From Solirubrobacterales bacterium (GTDB lineage Bacteria; Actinomycetota; Thermoleophilia; Solirubrobacterales; JBBDJG01), in contig JBBQNR010000005.1 in assembly GCA_038330145.1 (NCBI GenBank), positions 1,430-65,429 on the forward strand: a DNA stretch of 64,000 bases, read 5' to 3'. Below, one piece after another: positions 9,001 through 17,303 of the stretch. The notes beneath the pieces were generated by a model. It did not search any database, was not told where the DNA came from, and was given only the letters and a program-made list of their open reading frames with translations. The first letter of the stretch is position 1, and every line of letters starts with the position of its first letter. A program made the translations under genes and the position numbers.

Positions 9001-10442
9001 CAGCCGGCCTGCGCCGGGTCGGGAACTCCGAGGCCGGCCGTGTCGGGCGCGGTGACGTCGAAGGCGGTCATCGTCAGCAGCTGTTTGACCTCGTTCGGCG
9101 CCAGCGAAATGCCGCGCTGCCGGGCTGCGGAGATCAACAGGCCTGCGGCGCCCGATGCCTGGCCGGTCGCGGCCGATCCCGTGACGGCCGGCATCACGAT
9201 GTGTGCGTGGCCGCTGTACTGGGTGGTGCCGGAGTTGCGGAACCAGGTCTGGAGCGGCGCGTTGGACGTCAGAGGCACGCCGTTGCCGGTGAAGAAGTCA
9301 AGGATCTGTTGCGGCGGGTCCTGGCCCAGGCCCTGGACGTCGGCGACGGTCCCCTGCACCTGCATCGCCTCGTCGTAGAGCGTCGGGATGTTGTGGTCCG
9401 CCGTGTTGAGGTCGGATGACACGATCGCGAAGAAGACGTTCTTCTCCTTGTACGCGTACTCGAATGCGGCACGGGCGAACTTGGAGTTGAAGAGCGCGCC
9501 GACCGCGCCTTCGACGACCTCGATGTTGTTGTCCGCCGCATAGAGGGCCGCAAGCGCGTAGTTGTTGGTGTCGGTCACGAACGTGTCCCAGACGCGCATC
9601 GGCACGACCTGGCAGCGGGGGCAGACACCGATGCCCCCCGAAGCGTCGTTGCCGTCCTCGCCCGCCTCCCCGGCGCGACCGCTGCCGTGGTTGCTGGCGC
9701 TCGAGTAGCTGGACGCGTCGTAAGGGTCGTTGTCGTCGTCGAAGAAGTCCCAGCCGACGATGTCGTCGACGTAGCCGTTCGAATCGGCGTCGTTGCCGTT
9801 GCTGAAGGTGGCGATCAGGTCGCTGCCGTCGAGCATCGAGTCGGCCTCGTCGTTGCCGGCCGACTGCGTGACGCGTGGGTCGCTCGAGTAGTCGTCGACG
9901 TTGAAGGCGCCGTCGCCGTTGCAGTCGTATTCGCCACAGGTGCTGGCGCCCTGCTGGGGCAGGGGAAGCTCGTTGCGGTTCAACCAGACCTTCTTGCGCA
10001 GCCCACTGCTGTTCCAGCGGATGCCGGTATCGAGGATTGCGACCTGGACGCTCGCAATGCCGGTGGAGTACTTCCACGCCCTGTCGGCCGACACACCGGG
10101 AACCTGGCCCAGCGGGTTACGGCCGGCGAGTGTGTTCTGGCCCGAGTACCGCTGCACGTGCGGGTTTAGCGGGTCGTGGTACAGCGCGGTCGCGTGCGAG
10201 CCGTCGGGGGCGAAGCCGAAGCGCTCGTACTGCTGGCCGAACACGTTCGAGCAGGTCGGAGCTCCATCCTCGTCGTCGTGCTCGCAACGGTCGAACTCGG
10301 GATCATTCGGCGTGTTCAGCCGCACGCTCTCGCCGGGATTGCTGCCCGGAAACGATCGTGCCTGCGCGAAGGCCGGCACGGCTGACACCAGCACAAGCAA
10401 AACCAGGATCAATCTGGTGGTTCTGCGCGAACTCCCCCTCAC
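6027..10442 (-). CDS. Secreted subtilisin-family (S8) serine protease with FG-GAP/VCBS-like repeats and a 214-aa conserved C-terminal module
   Basis: ORF track, 1471 aa. Signal peptide 'MRGSSRRTTRLILVLLVLVSAVPAFAQA'. Subtilase Asp 'VAILDTGI', His 'SNHGSGRAG', Ser region 'TGSAATGQASGAAGLL'. Repeats include 'DVNGDNRLD', 'GDIDGDLEPE', 'GDLNNDGKLD', 'GDITGDGRPE', 'GDTDGDGKLD'. A GGGGAGG SD lies 7 nt before the GTG at 10442. Confidence 0.85.
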   Translation of the reverse strand: MRGSSRRTTRLILVLLVLVSAVPAFAQARSFPGSNPGESVRLNTPNDPEFDRCEHDDEDGAPTCSNVFGQQYERFGFAPDGSHATALYHDPLNPHVQRYSGQNTLAGRNPLGQVPGVSADRAWKYSTGIASVQVAILDTGIRWNSSGLRKKVWLNRNELPLPQQGASTCGEYDCNGDGAFNVDDYSSDPRVTQSAGNDEADSMLDGSDLIATFSNGNDADSNGYVDDIVGWDFFDDDNDPYDASSYSSASNHGSGRAGEAGEDGNDASGGIGVCPRCQVVPMRVWDTFVTDTNNYALAALYAADNNIEVVEGAVGALFNSKFARAAFEYAYKEKNVFFAIVSSDLNTADHNIPTLYDEAMQVQGTVADVQGLGQDPPQQILDFFTGNGVPLTSNAPLQTWFRNSGTTQYSGHAHIVMPAVTGSAATGQASGAAGLLISAARQRGISLAPNEVKQLLTMTAFDVTAPDTAGLGVPDPAQAGWDQHFGYGLPDLGLALERIDQTKVPPQALVTSPEWFSPYNVNHQSTVDIKGRVSARTPSYQWKLQWAPGIEPAEADFQDVTDSFDTAPIDGTLGTIDLVEVRNALDARPGGGATVDPTAPSKGPGDKDPNEPAFTVRIVITDAQGNRAEDRKMLFAYRDATETYKKDIGSGGEASQRLFDVNGDNRLDTVLADSSGELHVLNADGSPLASFNGGQPVSTRLYANVHNGVPALNAVSPPREVLRTPAIGDIDGDLEPEIVDTAGEHVYAWNTDGSEVPGFPVRIDPALSLPQDRTRNNHIKRGFTASPVLGDLNNDGKLDILAAALDAHLYAWDGDGNALAGYPKKLRDPSIPGAEIITTPALGDITGDGRPEIVSPTQEFDANPTAPSTPPASGGLFSNILTNVLANVLGGSGRVYALDAGANVLPGWPTKPNGVVPDALPFVGPGVDHVLANVDGDPQLEVIGNLATGDVTATNGNATNAATYDASPSGGEHVDKSKVLNLFENPIAANIDGQPGPEVIKGGVTLNQLVNIGVGVGQNLPYNHVVQAWNAQTGASLPTFPQAVEDFQLLSSPSVADVSDAPGNEILVGTGLYYLRNINVAGVEGTGWPKFTGGWLFSTPATGDTDGDGKLDVTVTTREGNAFSWRTDQNACGTNDEWWTSRHDEWNTGAYGTDSRPPGTPEAMRIVQGSNTAVVSWVSPGDDWLCGQPTKYRIIESTSPIRHPTDGTVVGDFDPTVGPGQRQAKLVTNLNAQSTYFAVLYKDDNGNWGHLQSAAVPYPRPGGASPLSVPLVPEFQKCTSPNSQHVTPLNETSCSSPSLASSQLTMDKVGRGHGSARLDVLPGNPSTLGDEADLRISAAASDVRKRSDGSDYTGQVVLTTGIRMTDFANGPTASDPATVKDGELSVPITCMATPDPAIGSTCSVSTTSDTLVPGFAREGDRTIISTFSLTLEDAGPDGSVAPSPDPLGLGCPPTCGSGDESVFLRQGVFAP

Positions 10443-10587
10443 GCCCTACCTCCCCGCGGATTGTGAGCCCGGCCCTCCCCGATGCTACTCCGAGGCCGAC
10501 ACTCGGACGTGCGGCAAGGCTACACGAGATCGGCCGCCGCCGTTTGGTGACGGCAAACGGCGCGGGCGCCCGGGACGGCGGACTACC

Positions 10588-11097
10588 ATGGCTCGCATGA
10601 CTGCTTCCGTGCGCCTGCTCGCCGTGCTCGTTCTCGCCAGCGCTGCGATGGTCGCGGGCTGCGGTGGGGACGACTCCAAGAGCCCGGCCGCGCCGGCGAC
10701 CCCGACGAGCCAGGACGGCGGCGCATCCGGAGCTTCCGGGCAGAGCGGCTCGTCCAAGTCCAAGGACGGGAGCGGCTTCACGAGCCCGCAGCAGCTCGCC
10801 GACGATCGCAAGAGCGCGCGCAGGCGCGCCCGCGCCCGCAGCCAGCGCAAACGGCAACCGAGCGGATTCGACCCGGCCGTGCGCAGTAAGTACAAGGGCA
10901 CGAGCCGCGTCGTCTACCACCAGGCTCGGCTGCGCTGCTTGGTGATACCCGCCAGCAGCCTCGCGCGTGCCTACGACGTCAGCGCCAACGATCCGAACAA
11001 GCTCGCCGAGGCCTACGCCAGGCGCGAGTTTCCGCCGACGCTGGCGCGCGCAGCCTACGACGGCTGCCGCGACGGCCTCAGCAACAACCGCAAGTAA
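10588..11097 (+). CDS. Putative lipoprotein, function unknown
   Basis: In-frame ATG at 10588 inside ORF 9901..11097; the upstream part of that ORF is antisense to the protease. 'MARMTASVRLLAVLVLASAAMVAGC' is a signal peptide plus lipobox, followed by a Ser/Gly/Lys-rich linker. Confidence 0.6.
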   Translation: MARMTASVRLLAVLVLASAAMVAGCGGDDSKSPAAPATPTSQDGGASGASGQSGSSKSKDGSGFTSPQQLADDRKSARRRARARSQRKRQPSGFDPAVRSKYKGTSRVVYHQARLRCLVIPASSLARAYDVSANDPNKLAEAYARREFPPTLARAAYDGCRDGLSNNRK

Positions 11098-11100
11098 CGA

Positions 11101-13698
11101 CTACGGGGCGAAGATGCCCTGGCGCAGGAACACCCGCTCGTCGCCGGAGCCGCAGGTCGGCGGGCAGCCGAGGCCCAGCGGGTCGGGTGACGGCGTGACG
11201 GAGCCGTCGGGTCCGACGTCTCGCAGCTCGATCGAGAAGCTGGAGATGATCGTGCGGTCGCCCTCCCGCGCGAAGCCGGGCACGAGCGTGTCGGCCGTCG
11301 TGCTCAGGTTGCAGGCCCCTCCTTGCGGCGCAGCCGGAGTGGCGCTGCAGTCGACCGGGACAGAGAAGCGAAAGTCCTGCGCCGTGCCGGACTGGCTCTG
11401 CGTCGAGCCGTTCGCCCCGTCGGTGACGCGCAGCATGCTGCTCAGCAGCAGGTCGCCCGTGTAGTCGGAGTCGTTGTCGGCGCGGCGCACGTCCGAGGCC
11501 GAGGCCTGGATCTTCAGGTCGGCTTCGTCGGCGGCGGTCGATGGGTTGCCCGGCACCACATCGAGCCGCGCGGAGCCAGTGCCCTGACCCGTGCGTGAGG
11601 TGGTGAGCAGGCTCGACTCCAGCTGCGGCGACGTGCAGGACTGCTCGTCCAGCGGGGCGACGTGCTCGCTGTCGGGCGAGCTGCACTGCCGGTATTCCGG
11701 CACCATCGGCACCCTCAGCGGCGTCGCGCCCCCAGGCCGTGGATAGCGGACTCGTGGGTCTCGCACCAGCAGCTCGACGTCGCCGTCTGTCTCGTTGCCC
11801 TGGCCACCTCCACCCGGACCGGCCTGGGGGTCGTTGTAGGTGAACGTGCGGCCGATCGAGGCCAGCTGATCGATGTTGAACGCGCCGGCTGGGCCGGGCG
11901 GCGGATTGGCTGCCGGCGCCGCCAGATCGAGCAGCGTGCCGAAGATCGACAGCGTGCCGTCGCGGTTGTTCATCACCTCGAGCAGGCGATTCTGGGTAGG
12001 CCAGTCGGCATGCGCCGCGCTTTCGATGCCCCACCAGGCGCCACCGTTGGTGCGCGGGAAGGGAACCACGCGGTTCTGGTGCGTGTGACCGGCGACGAAT
12101 GCGATCACGTGCGGGTAGCGGTCGATCAGCTCGGTGAGGCTCTCGCGCGGGTCGCCCGGGAACCGGTCCTGGCCGAGGTGGACCGGACTCGACGAACGCG
12201 GGTCCTGGTCGCAGCCGGGGTTGCGGTTGTGCTCGGGCGAGTCGCCGTGGCTGTGGTTGCTGCCGTCGCAGGGCGATGCCGCCTCGTCCGGAACGTCGGA
12301 GGTGAGCGAGCCCACGGGGTGATGGCCGAACAGCACGACCAGGCGATCACGAGCGGTGGCATCGTCGAGCTCGTTCTTCAGCCACTGGAACTGCGGGTCG
12401 TCGAGGTTGCCGTTGGCCGACTGCTCCACGACGCCGCCCTCGGAGACCGTGTCGAGGCCGATGAAGCGGAAACCGGGGGCCTGCGGCGGATCCCAGGCGT
12501 AATACGAGGCCACTCCGTTCGAGGCCGCGTTCTCGGCGGGGTCGACGAAGCCGAAGCCGTGGGCGTTGTCCTGGTTGTTCACGCCGTATAGAGACTTGAT
12601 CTGTCGTTTGTCGGCGAAGCGCCGCTCCGGATCCGGCGGCACGGGCATCGAAGCCGCCGCGGGACCGAGCAGCACGCCGGGATCGAAGAACCCCGTCGAA
12701 GGCTGAGCCGACGCGAGCATCTTCAGGCAGCCGGTCGCAATCTCCTCGAATGCCGCGTTTGCGTCCTCGTTGCCCTGAACCAGGCCGTCGTGATTGCCGT
12801 TCGCGACGTACGAGGGGACGTCGAGGCCCTGCGGCTGGAACGTGATCTGCTGTGCGCGATCGAGCAGGCCGGGGTAAGCGGGCCAGCCGGCGATAGCCCA
12901 TGAGGCGCGCGGGTCGTTGGGATCGTAGAAGTAGGGATTCGACCCCTCTTCGTAGTCGTTGTAGTCCTGAACGCCGGTATAGCGTGCTGCCTCGGCAAGG
13001 TTCTCGGGTGTCGGCGGCACGGCGGCACAACTCGGATGCGCCGCGGTGTCGTAGTCCTCGGGCTCGGCGCTGCCGCTGTTGAAGTTGAGTGGCTGGCGGC
13101 CCTCGATCAGCTCCCGCACCCAGCGCGTCTCGTTGCGCTGCATGTTGTCGGCATTGTCGCCGGTCAGCAGCGCCAGGTCCATCGCGGCGTGGCTGCCGTC
13201 GCCCGCGGCGACGGGACTCGCATCTGCGAACAGGTTCATCTGCTGGATCGACGAGTCGACCTCGAACGGCACCAGCGCCTCCTGCGGCCGCCATGCGGCC
13301 TGGCCGACGCCGAAGGGGTCTTCGTCGAGGAATTCCACTCGCGCCGGGGACTCCTCGTCGGCGAGCTGGAAGTCGGTCAGCTGCCCGAAATAGGCGAGCG
13401 AGCGCCGCCGCTGGTCACGCCCGGCCTGCGCGTTCGGGATCGCGGCGTTGCCTTCGGACGCGCCGTCCCTCACCCTGTAGCTCGAACTGGTCGACACCAC
13501 GTGGAGATTCGAGTAGCCGTTCTCCGGATTGCTTCCGGTGATCTTCTGTTCGAGCGTGGTGTGGCCGGCGGCGTCAAAGAAGAGATGAGACGCCTGCGAC
13601 GTGCCGGCGATTGCCAGCGGCAGGATGGCGACGAGTACGACGAGCCAAAGGTGGCGCCTGCCGCTTGCATGGCGGCGGAGCCTCGATGAGATGAACAT
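11101..13698 (-). CDS. Secreted calcineurin-like metallophosphoesterase carrying the same 214-aa C-terminal module as the protease
   Basis: ORF track 11101..13746. I prefer the ATG at 13698 (GGGGAGG SD 9 nt upstream), giving the signal 'MFISSRLRRHASGRRHLWLVVLVAILPLAIAGTSQA'. Motifs 'GDNADN', 'GNHDGLVQGN', 'VLFGHHP', 'VAGHTHQN'. Confidence 0.8.
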   Translation of the reverse strand: MFISSRLRRHASGRRHLWLVVLVAILPLAIAGTSQASHLFFDAAGHTTLEQKITGSNPENGYSNLHVVSTSSSYRVRDGASEGNAAIPNAQAGRDQRRRSLAYFGQLTDFQLADEESPARVEFLDEDPFGVGQAAWRPQEALVPFEVDSSIQQMNLFADASPVAAGDGSHAAMDLALLTGDNADNMQRNETRWVRELIEGRQPLNFNSGSAEPEDYDTAAHPSCAAVPPTPENLAEAARYTGVQDYNDYEEGSNPYFYDPNDPRASWAIAGWPAYPGLLDRAQQITFQPQGLDVPSYVANGNHDGLVQGNEDANAAFEEIATGCLKMLASAQPSTGFFDPGVLLGPAAASMPVPPDPERRFADKRQIKSLYGVNNQDNAHGFGFVDPAENAASNGVASYYAWDPPQAPGFRFIGLDTVSEGGVVEQSANGNLDDPQFQWLKNELDDATARDRLVVLFGHHPVGSLTSDVPDEAASPCDGSNHSHGDSPEHNRNPGCDQDPRSSSPVHLGQDRFPGDPRESLTELIDRYPHVIAFVAGHTHQNRVVPFPRTNGGAWWGIESAAHADWPTQNRLLEVMNNRDGTLSIFGTLLDLAAPAANPPPGPAGAFNIDQLASIGRTFTYNDPQAGPGGGGQGNETDGDVELLVRDPRVRYPRPGGATPLRVPMVPEYRQCSSPDSEHVAPLDEQSCTSPQLESSLLTTSRTGQGTGSARLDVVPGNPSTAADEADLKIQASASDVRRADNDSDYTGDLLLSSMLRVTDGANGSTQSQSGTAQDFRFSVPVDCSATPAAPQGGACNLSTTADTLVPGFAREGDRTIISSFSIELRDVGPDGSVTPSPDPLGLGCPPTCGSGDERVFLRQGIFAP

Positions 13699-13825
13699 GC
13701 GCTGCGACCTCCCCGTGGTCTGATGCGAGCGCAAGCATAGCGCCAACCAGGCCGGTCGTCTGAGAAAAGGCGGTGGCCGACGCGGCTCATATCATCGGTT
13801 TGCCGCCCTGGGCCGGGCCGCTGCC

Positions 13826-15193
13826 ATGTTTGCTGCTCGCAGGATCGACAAGCTGAAGGAAAGGCGCGATGTCTACGGGCTGATCGTGGCCCTTTGGCAC
13901 AAGCGCCAGTCGACGCGGCGGCGAGCGGCGTTCGCGCTCGGAGAGTTGGACGACCGGCGCGCCGTGGCGCCGCTGACCGGCACGCTCGCCGACGCCAAGT
14001 CGCCGGTGCGGGCCGCGGCCGCTCACGCGTTGCGGCAGCTGGCGGACAGGCGTGCGGTCGACCCACTGATCCCGCTGCTGAACGACTCGACGAAACAGGT
14101 GCGCCTGGCGGCGGTGAGAGCCCTTGGCGAGTTGCGCGACGGGCGCGCGACGGAGCCGCTCGTGACCGTGATCAACAACGAGGACGAGGACAGCGAGGTG
14201 CGCTGGGCGGCCGCCGAGGCGCTCGGCGAGATCGGCGACCCGCGCGCGTTCGAGCCGCTGTTCGCCGCCCTCAACAGCCGCTCGATCGGTGGCGCGGCCC
14301 GCGAAGCGCTGTCGCAGGTGATGAGCGCGGAGTCGGTCCCGGCGCTGGTCGCCGCGCTCAAGCACAGCGAGCCGGAGGTTCGCCTGTTCGCCAAGGGAGC
14401 GCTTGTCGGCTGGTGGGGAAGCTCGGCCGTCGAGCCGCTTGCGGCCGCGTTGCACAATCGCGACTCCGAGGTCCGCTCGCTGGCGGCCATCGGCCTCAGC
14501 CACACTGAGGCGCCCGAGGCGGGACCGCCGTTGATAGAGGCGCTGCACGACAGCGACGCCAAGGTGCGCGGCGCCGCAGCACGTGCGCTGTCCGGCCTGC
14601 TACAGGTCGTCGAGCGCGTCAACGGCGGCGTGTCGGCGAGGGACTGGGAAGGCGTCGACGCGCTCATCCGCGCTCTCGAGGACAAGTCGGCCGGCGTGCG
14701 CTTCTGGTCGGCTCGAGCGCTCGGGCGAAGCGGCGCCGCGAGGGCGGTGCTGCCGTTGGTGCAGGCGCTCGGCGACCGTAAGTCGAGTGTGCGCGCGGCG
14801 GCGGCGGAGGCACTAGGCGAGCTCGACTCCGACCAGGCGGAGGGAGCCCTGATTGCCGCACTGCGCGATCGCGACTCCGCCGTGCGGGCGCAGGCGGCCC
14901 GCTCGCTGGGCCGGATCGGCGACTGGGAATCGACCGAGGCGCTGATCGAGGTACTCGGCGACCGCAACGAGGAGGCCGCAGCAGCCGCCGCTTCGGCTTT
15001 GGGCGACGTCGGCGACCCTGCTGCCGCCGAGCCGCTGATCGGAGCGCTTCGCAGCCGACGTGGACATGTCCGCGACGCGGCCGAGGTGGCGCTCAAGCAA
15101 CTCGGCGACTCGCCCGCCTGCGCACCAGTTGTCGAGGCGCTGCGCGAGAGCACCGCGGAGCGGCCCGGCCTCTGGTCGCGCCGCGGCCGCTGA
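13826..15193 (+). CDS. HEAT-repeat (PBS-lyase HEAT-like) protein
   Basis: ORF track, 455 aa. About 13 consecutive repeats of about 31 aa of the form 'D..VR..AA.ALG.IGD.RA.EPLI.AL.D'. Confidence 0.8.
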   Translation: MFAARRIDKLKERRDVYGLIVALWHKRQSTRRRAAFALGELDDRRAVAPLTGTLADAKSPVRAAAAHALRQLADRRAVDPLIPLLNDSTKQVRLAAVRALGELRDGRATEPLVTVINNEDEDSEVRWAAAEALGEIGDPRAFEPLFAALNSRSIGGAAREALSQVMSAESVPALVAALKHSEPEVRLFAKGALVGWWGSSAVEPLAAALHNRDSEVRSLAAIGLSHTEAPEAGPPLIEALHDSDAKVRGAAARALSGLLQVVERVNGGVSARDWEGVDALIRALEDKSAGVRFWSARALGRSGAARAVLPLVQALGDRKSSVRAAAAEALGELDSDQAEGALIAALRDRDSAVRAQAARSLGRIGDWESTEALIEVLGDRNEEAAAAAASALGDVGDPAAAEPLIGALRSRRGHVRDAAEVALKQLGDSPACAPVVEALRESTAERPGLWSRRGR

Positions 15194-15281
15194 CGCGCCT
15201 GGACGCCGGCCGTTAGCGCGCTCTCATGTCCTCAAGTCGGCAGGGCGCCGGCCCGATACCTCATTCGAGGACCTTTCGTAC

Positions 15282-17303
15282 ATGGGAGAACGAATTCACG
15301 GGCTCGGCTCACGGTCGAGCCTGCTCATGATCACGACCGTGGCTCTGCTGCTCCACCTGGCCCATGCCGTGACGGGCCTCGGTGGCCAGCACGCCGACAC
15401 GGTGCTGGGTGAGCCGCTCTACAGCGGCCTCGTGATTGCCGGAGCGGCGGCCTGCGGACTGCGCGCCGTCAACGTCAAGACCGACCGGGCGGCCTGGTTC
15501 GCGCTCGCCGGAGGCCTCGCAGCCCTGGGGGTCGGGTCGGCCCTCTCGGGCCTGAGCGACAACCCGCCCTTTCCATCCGCGGGCGACGCAGTCGCACTGC
15601 TGCTCTATCCGGCGGCCTGTGCCTCGATGTTCCTGTTCCTGCGCGACAGGGTCGCCAGGCCATTGGTGGGACAGCTGCTCGACGCCGCGATCGCGGCGCT
15701 CGCTGCCACGGCGGTCGGGGCGATGCTCCTCTATCACGCTTCCCCGGGACTGGCCAACCCCAGCTCGGCCGCGAGCGCGACGCAGGCCGCATTCGCTGCC
15801 GGTGACCTGATCGTGATCGCCGCAATGGTCGGCGCCTGCGCTCTGACCGGTTGGCGCTTCGACCGTGCATGGGTGCTCGCCGGAGCCGGACTGGTCGCCG
15901 GAGCGCTTGGGGACCTGGCGCACACGCATCACGCGGCGCTGGGATTCCACTCCGCTCACGCGGCGCTCACCATTGGCTGGCCCGCAGCGGCGCTGCTCGT
16001 CTGCTTCGGAGCCTTCGAGCCGCCGGAGCCGGGTCGCGGCAAGAACCCCTCCTACTGGCGCGTGCTGGTGGTCCCGATGCTGTTCGCACTCGTCGCCGCG
16101 GCCACGGTCGTCTATGGACAGTTCGCCCAGATTGGATCGCTGGCCTTCGCTCTCGCGCTCGCATCGCTGTTGGCCGCGACCGTGCGACCGGCAATCGGCT
16201 TCCGCGAGAACGTGCGTGTGCTGAGCCGCAGCCAGCACGAGGCTCTCACCGATTCGCTCACCGGTCTCGGCAACCGGCGCAGCCTGATGACGGACCTGCG
16301 TGAACTGATCAAGGCGGCAGACCGCAACTCGTCGAGGGTCCTGATCCTGTTCGATCTCGATGGCTTCAAGCAGTACAACGACACCTTCGGTCACCCAGCC
16401 GGCGACGCACTGCTGGCGCGGCTGGGCGCGAACCTCCAGAAGGCGGTCGGCCCCTACGGAGGCGTCTACCGCATGGGCGGCGACGAGTTCTGTGTGCTGC
16501 TGATGGTCGGGATGGCGAGTTCCCGCACACTCACGTCGATCGCCGCCGCGGCGCTCTCGGAGCGCGGCGAGGGCTTCAACGTCCGCGCCTCGTACGGCGC
16601 CGTGATGATTCCCGACGAGGCAAGGGAACCCGCACTCGCCCTCAAGATCGCCGACCAGCGCATGTACGCGCAGAAGGAGAAGCGGCGTCCCTCGACCAGC
16701 CGTCAGACGCGCGACATCCTGCTGCAGGTGTTGCGTGAGCGAGACCCCGAGCTGGGCGAGCACATGTCGGCTGTGGGAGAGCTGTCGCGCAGGGTCGGCC
16801 AGCGCATGAGGCTGCTGCCCGAGGAGCTCGACGAGACGGTTCGCGCCGCGGAGCTGCACGACATCGGAAAGATGGCGATTCCCGACGCGATCCTCCACAA
16901 ACGCGGACCGCTCGATGAGCGCGAGTGGGCGTTCGTCCACAAGCACACCATCATCGGCGAGCGAATACTCAGCGCGGCCCCCGCACTCATTCCGGTGGCC
17001 AAGGTTGTGCGCTCCAGTCACGAGCGCTGGGACGGGCACGGATATCCCGACGGCCTGGCGGGTGACGCGATCCCGCTCGGAGCCCGCATCGTCTCGGTCT
17101 GCGACGCGTATCACGCGATGACGTCCGCGCGCCCGTACGGCGAGACGCTCGACCGAGATGAAGGGCTGACGGAGCTTCGCAAGGCGGCGGGCTCGGAGTT
17201 CGACGCGCGTGTCGTCGCGGCGATCTGCGATGTCATCTCCGAGTCGCAGTTGATGCCGCGGAAGAGCATGGGGCCGGTCGCCGGCGCCCCGAAGCTCGCC
17301 TAG
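15282..17303 (+). CDS. Membrane sensor protein with GGDEF (diguanylate cyclase) and HD-GYP (c-di-GMP phosphodiesterase) domains
   Basis: ORF 15060..17303. I prefer the in-frame ATG at 15282 ('MGERIHGLGS..'). About 10 hydrophobic segments are followed by 'YRMGGDEFCVLL', then 'LHDIGKMAIPD' and 'HERWDGHGYPDGL'. Confidence 0.85.
   Translation: MGERIHGLGSRSSLLMITTVALLLHLAHAVTGLGGQHADTVLGEPLYSGLVIAGAAACGLRAVNVKTDRAAWFALAGGLAALGVGSALSGLSDNPPFPSAGDAVALLLYPAACASMFLFLRDRVARPLVGQLLDAAIAALAATAVGAMLLYHASPGLANPSSAASATQAAFAAGDLIVIAAMVGACALTGWRFDRAWVLAGAGLVAGALGDLAHTHHAALGFHSAHAALTIGWPAAALLVCFGAFEPPEPGRGKNPSYWRVLVVPMLFALVAAATVVYGQFAQIGSLAFALALASLLAATVRPAIGFRENVRVLSRSQHEALTDSLTGLGNRRSLMTDLRELIKAADRNSSRVLILFDLDGFKQYNDTFGHPAGDALLARLGANLQKAVGPYGGVYRMGGDEFCVLLMVGMASSRTLTSIAAAALSERGEGFNVRASYGAVMIPDEAREPALALKIADQRMYAQKEKRRPSTSRQTRDILLQVLRERDPELGEHMSAVGELSRRVGQRMRLLPEELDETVRAAELHDIGKMAIPDAILHKRGPLDEREWAFVHKHTIIGERILSAAPALIPVAKVVRSSHERWDGHGYPDGLAGDAIPLGARIVSVCDAYHAMTSARPYGETLDRDEGLTELRKAAGSEFDARVVAAICDVISESQLMPRKSMGPVAGAPKLA

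Noticed and set aside
10541-10566. A 9-bp-stem hairpin, cgccgtttg-gtgacgg-caaacggcg, lies in the divergent protease/lipoprotein spacer.
   Set aside because: It is an isolated hairpin without a U-tract or recognisable riboswitch or attenuator features. I cannot assign a role from sequence alone.
13826-15193. There is strong ~93-bp periodicity at the DNA level. I considered a tandem repeat or CRISPR-like array.
   Set aside because: The periodicity is the coding repeat of a HEAT-repeat protein (31-aa units, divergent at the DNA level, no spacer/repeat alternation). No CRISPR-like array (identical short repeats separated by unique spacers) exists anywhere in the window. The true tandem repeats have only 2-4 contiguous units.
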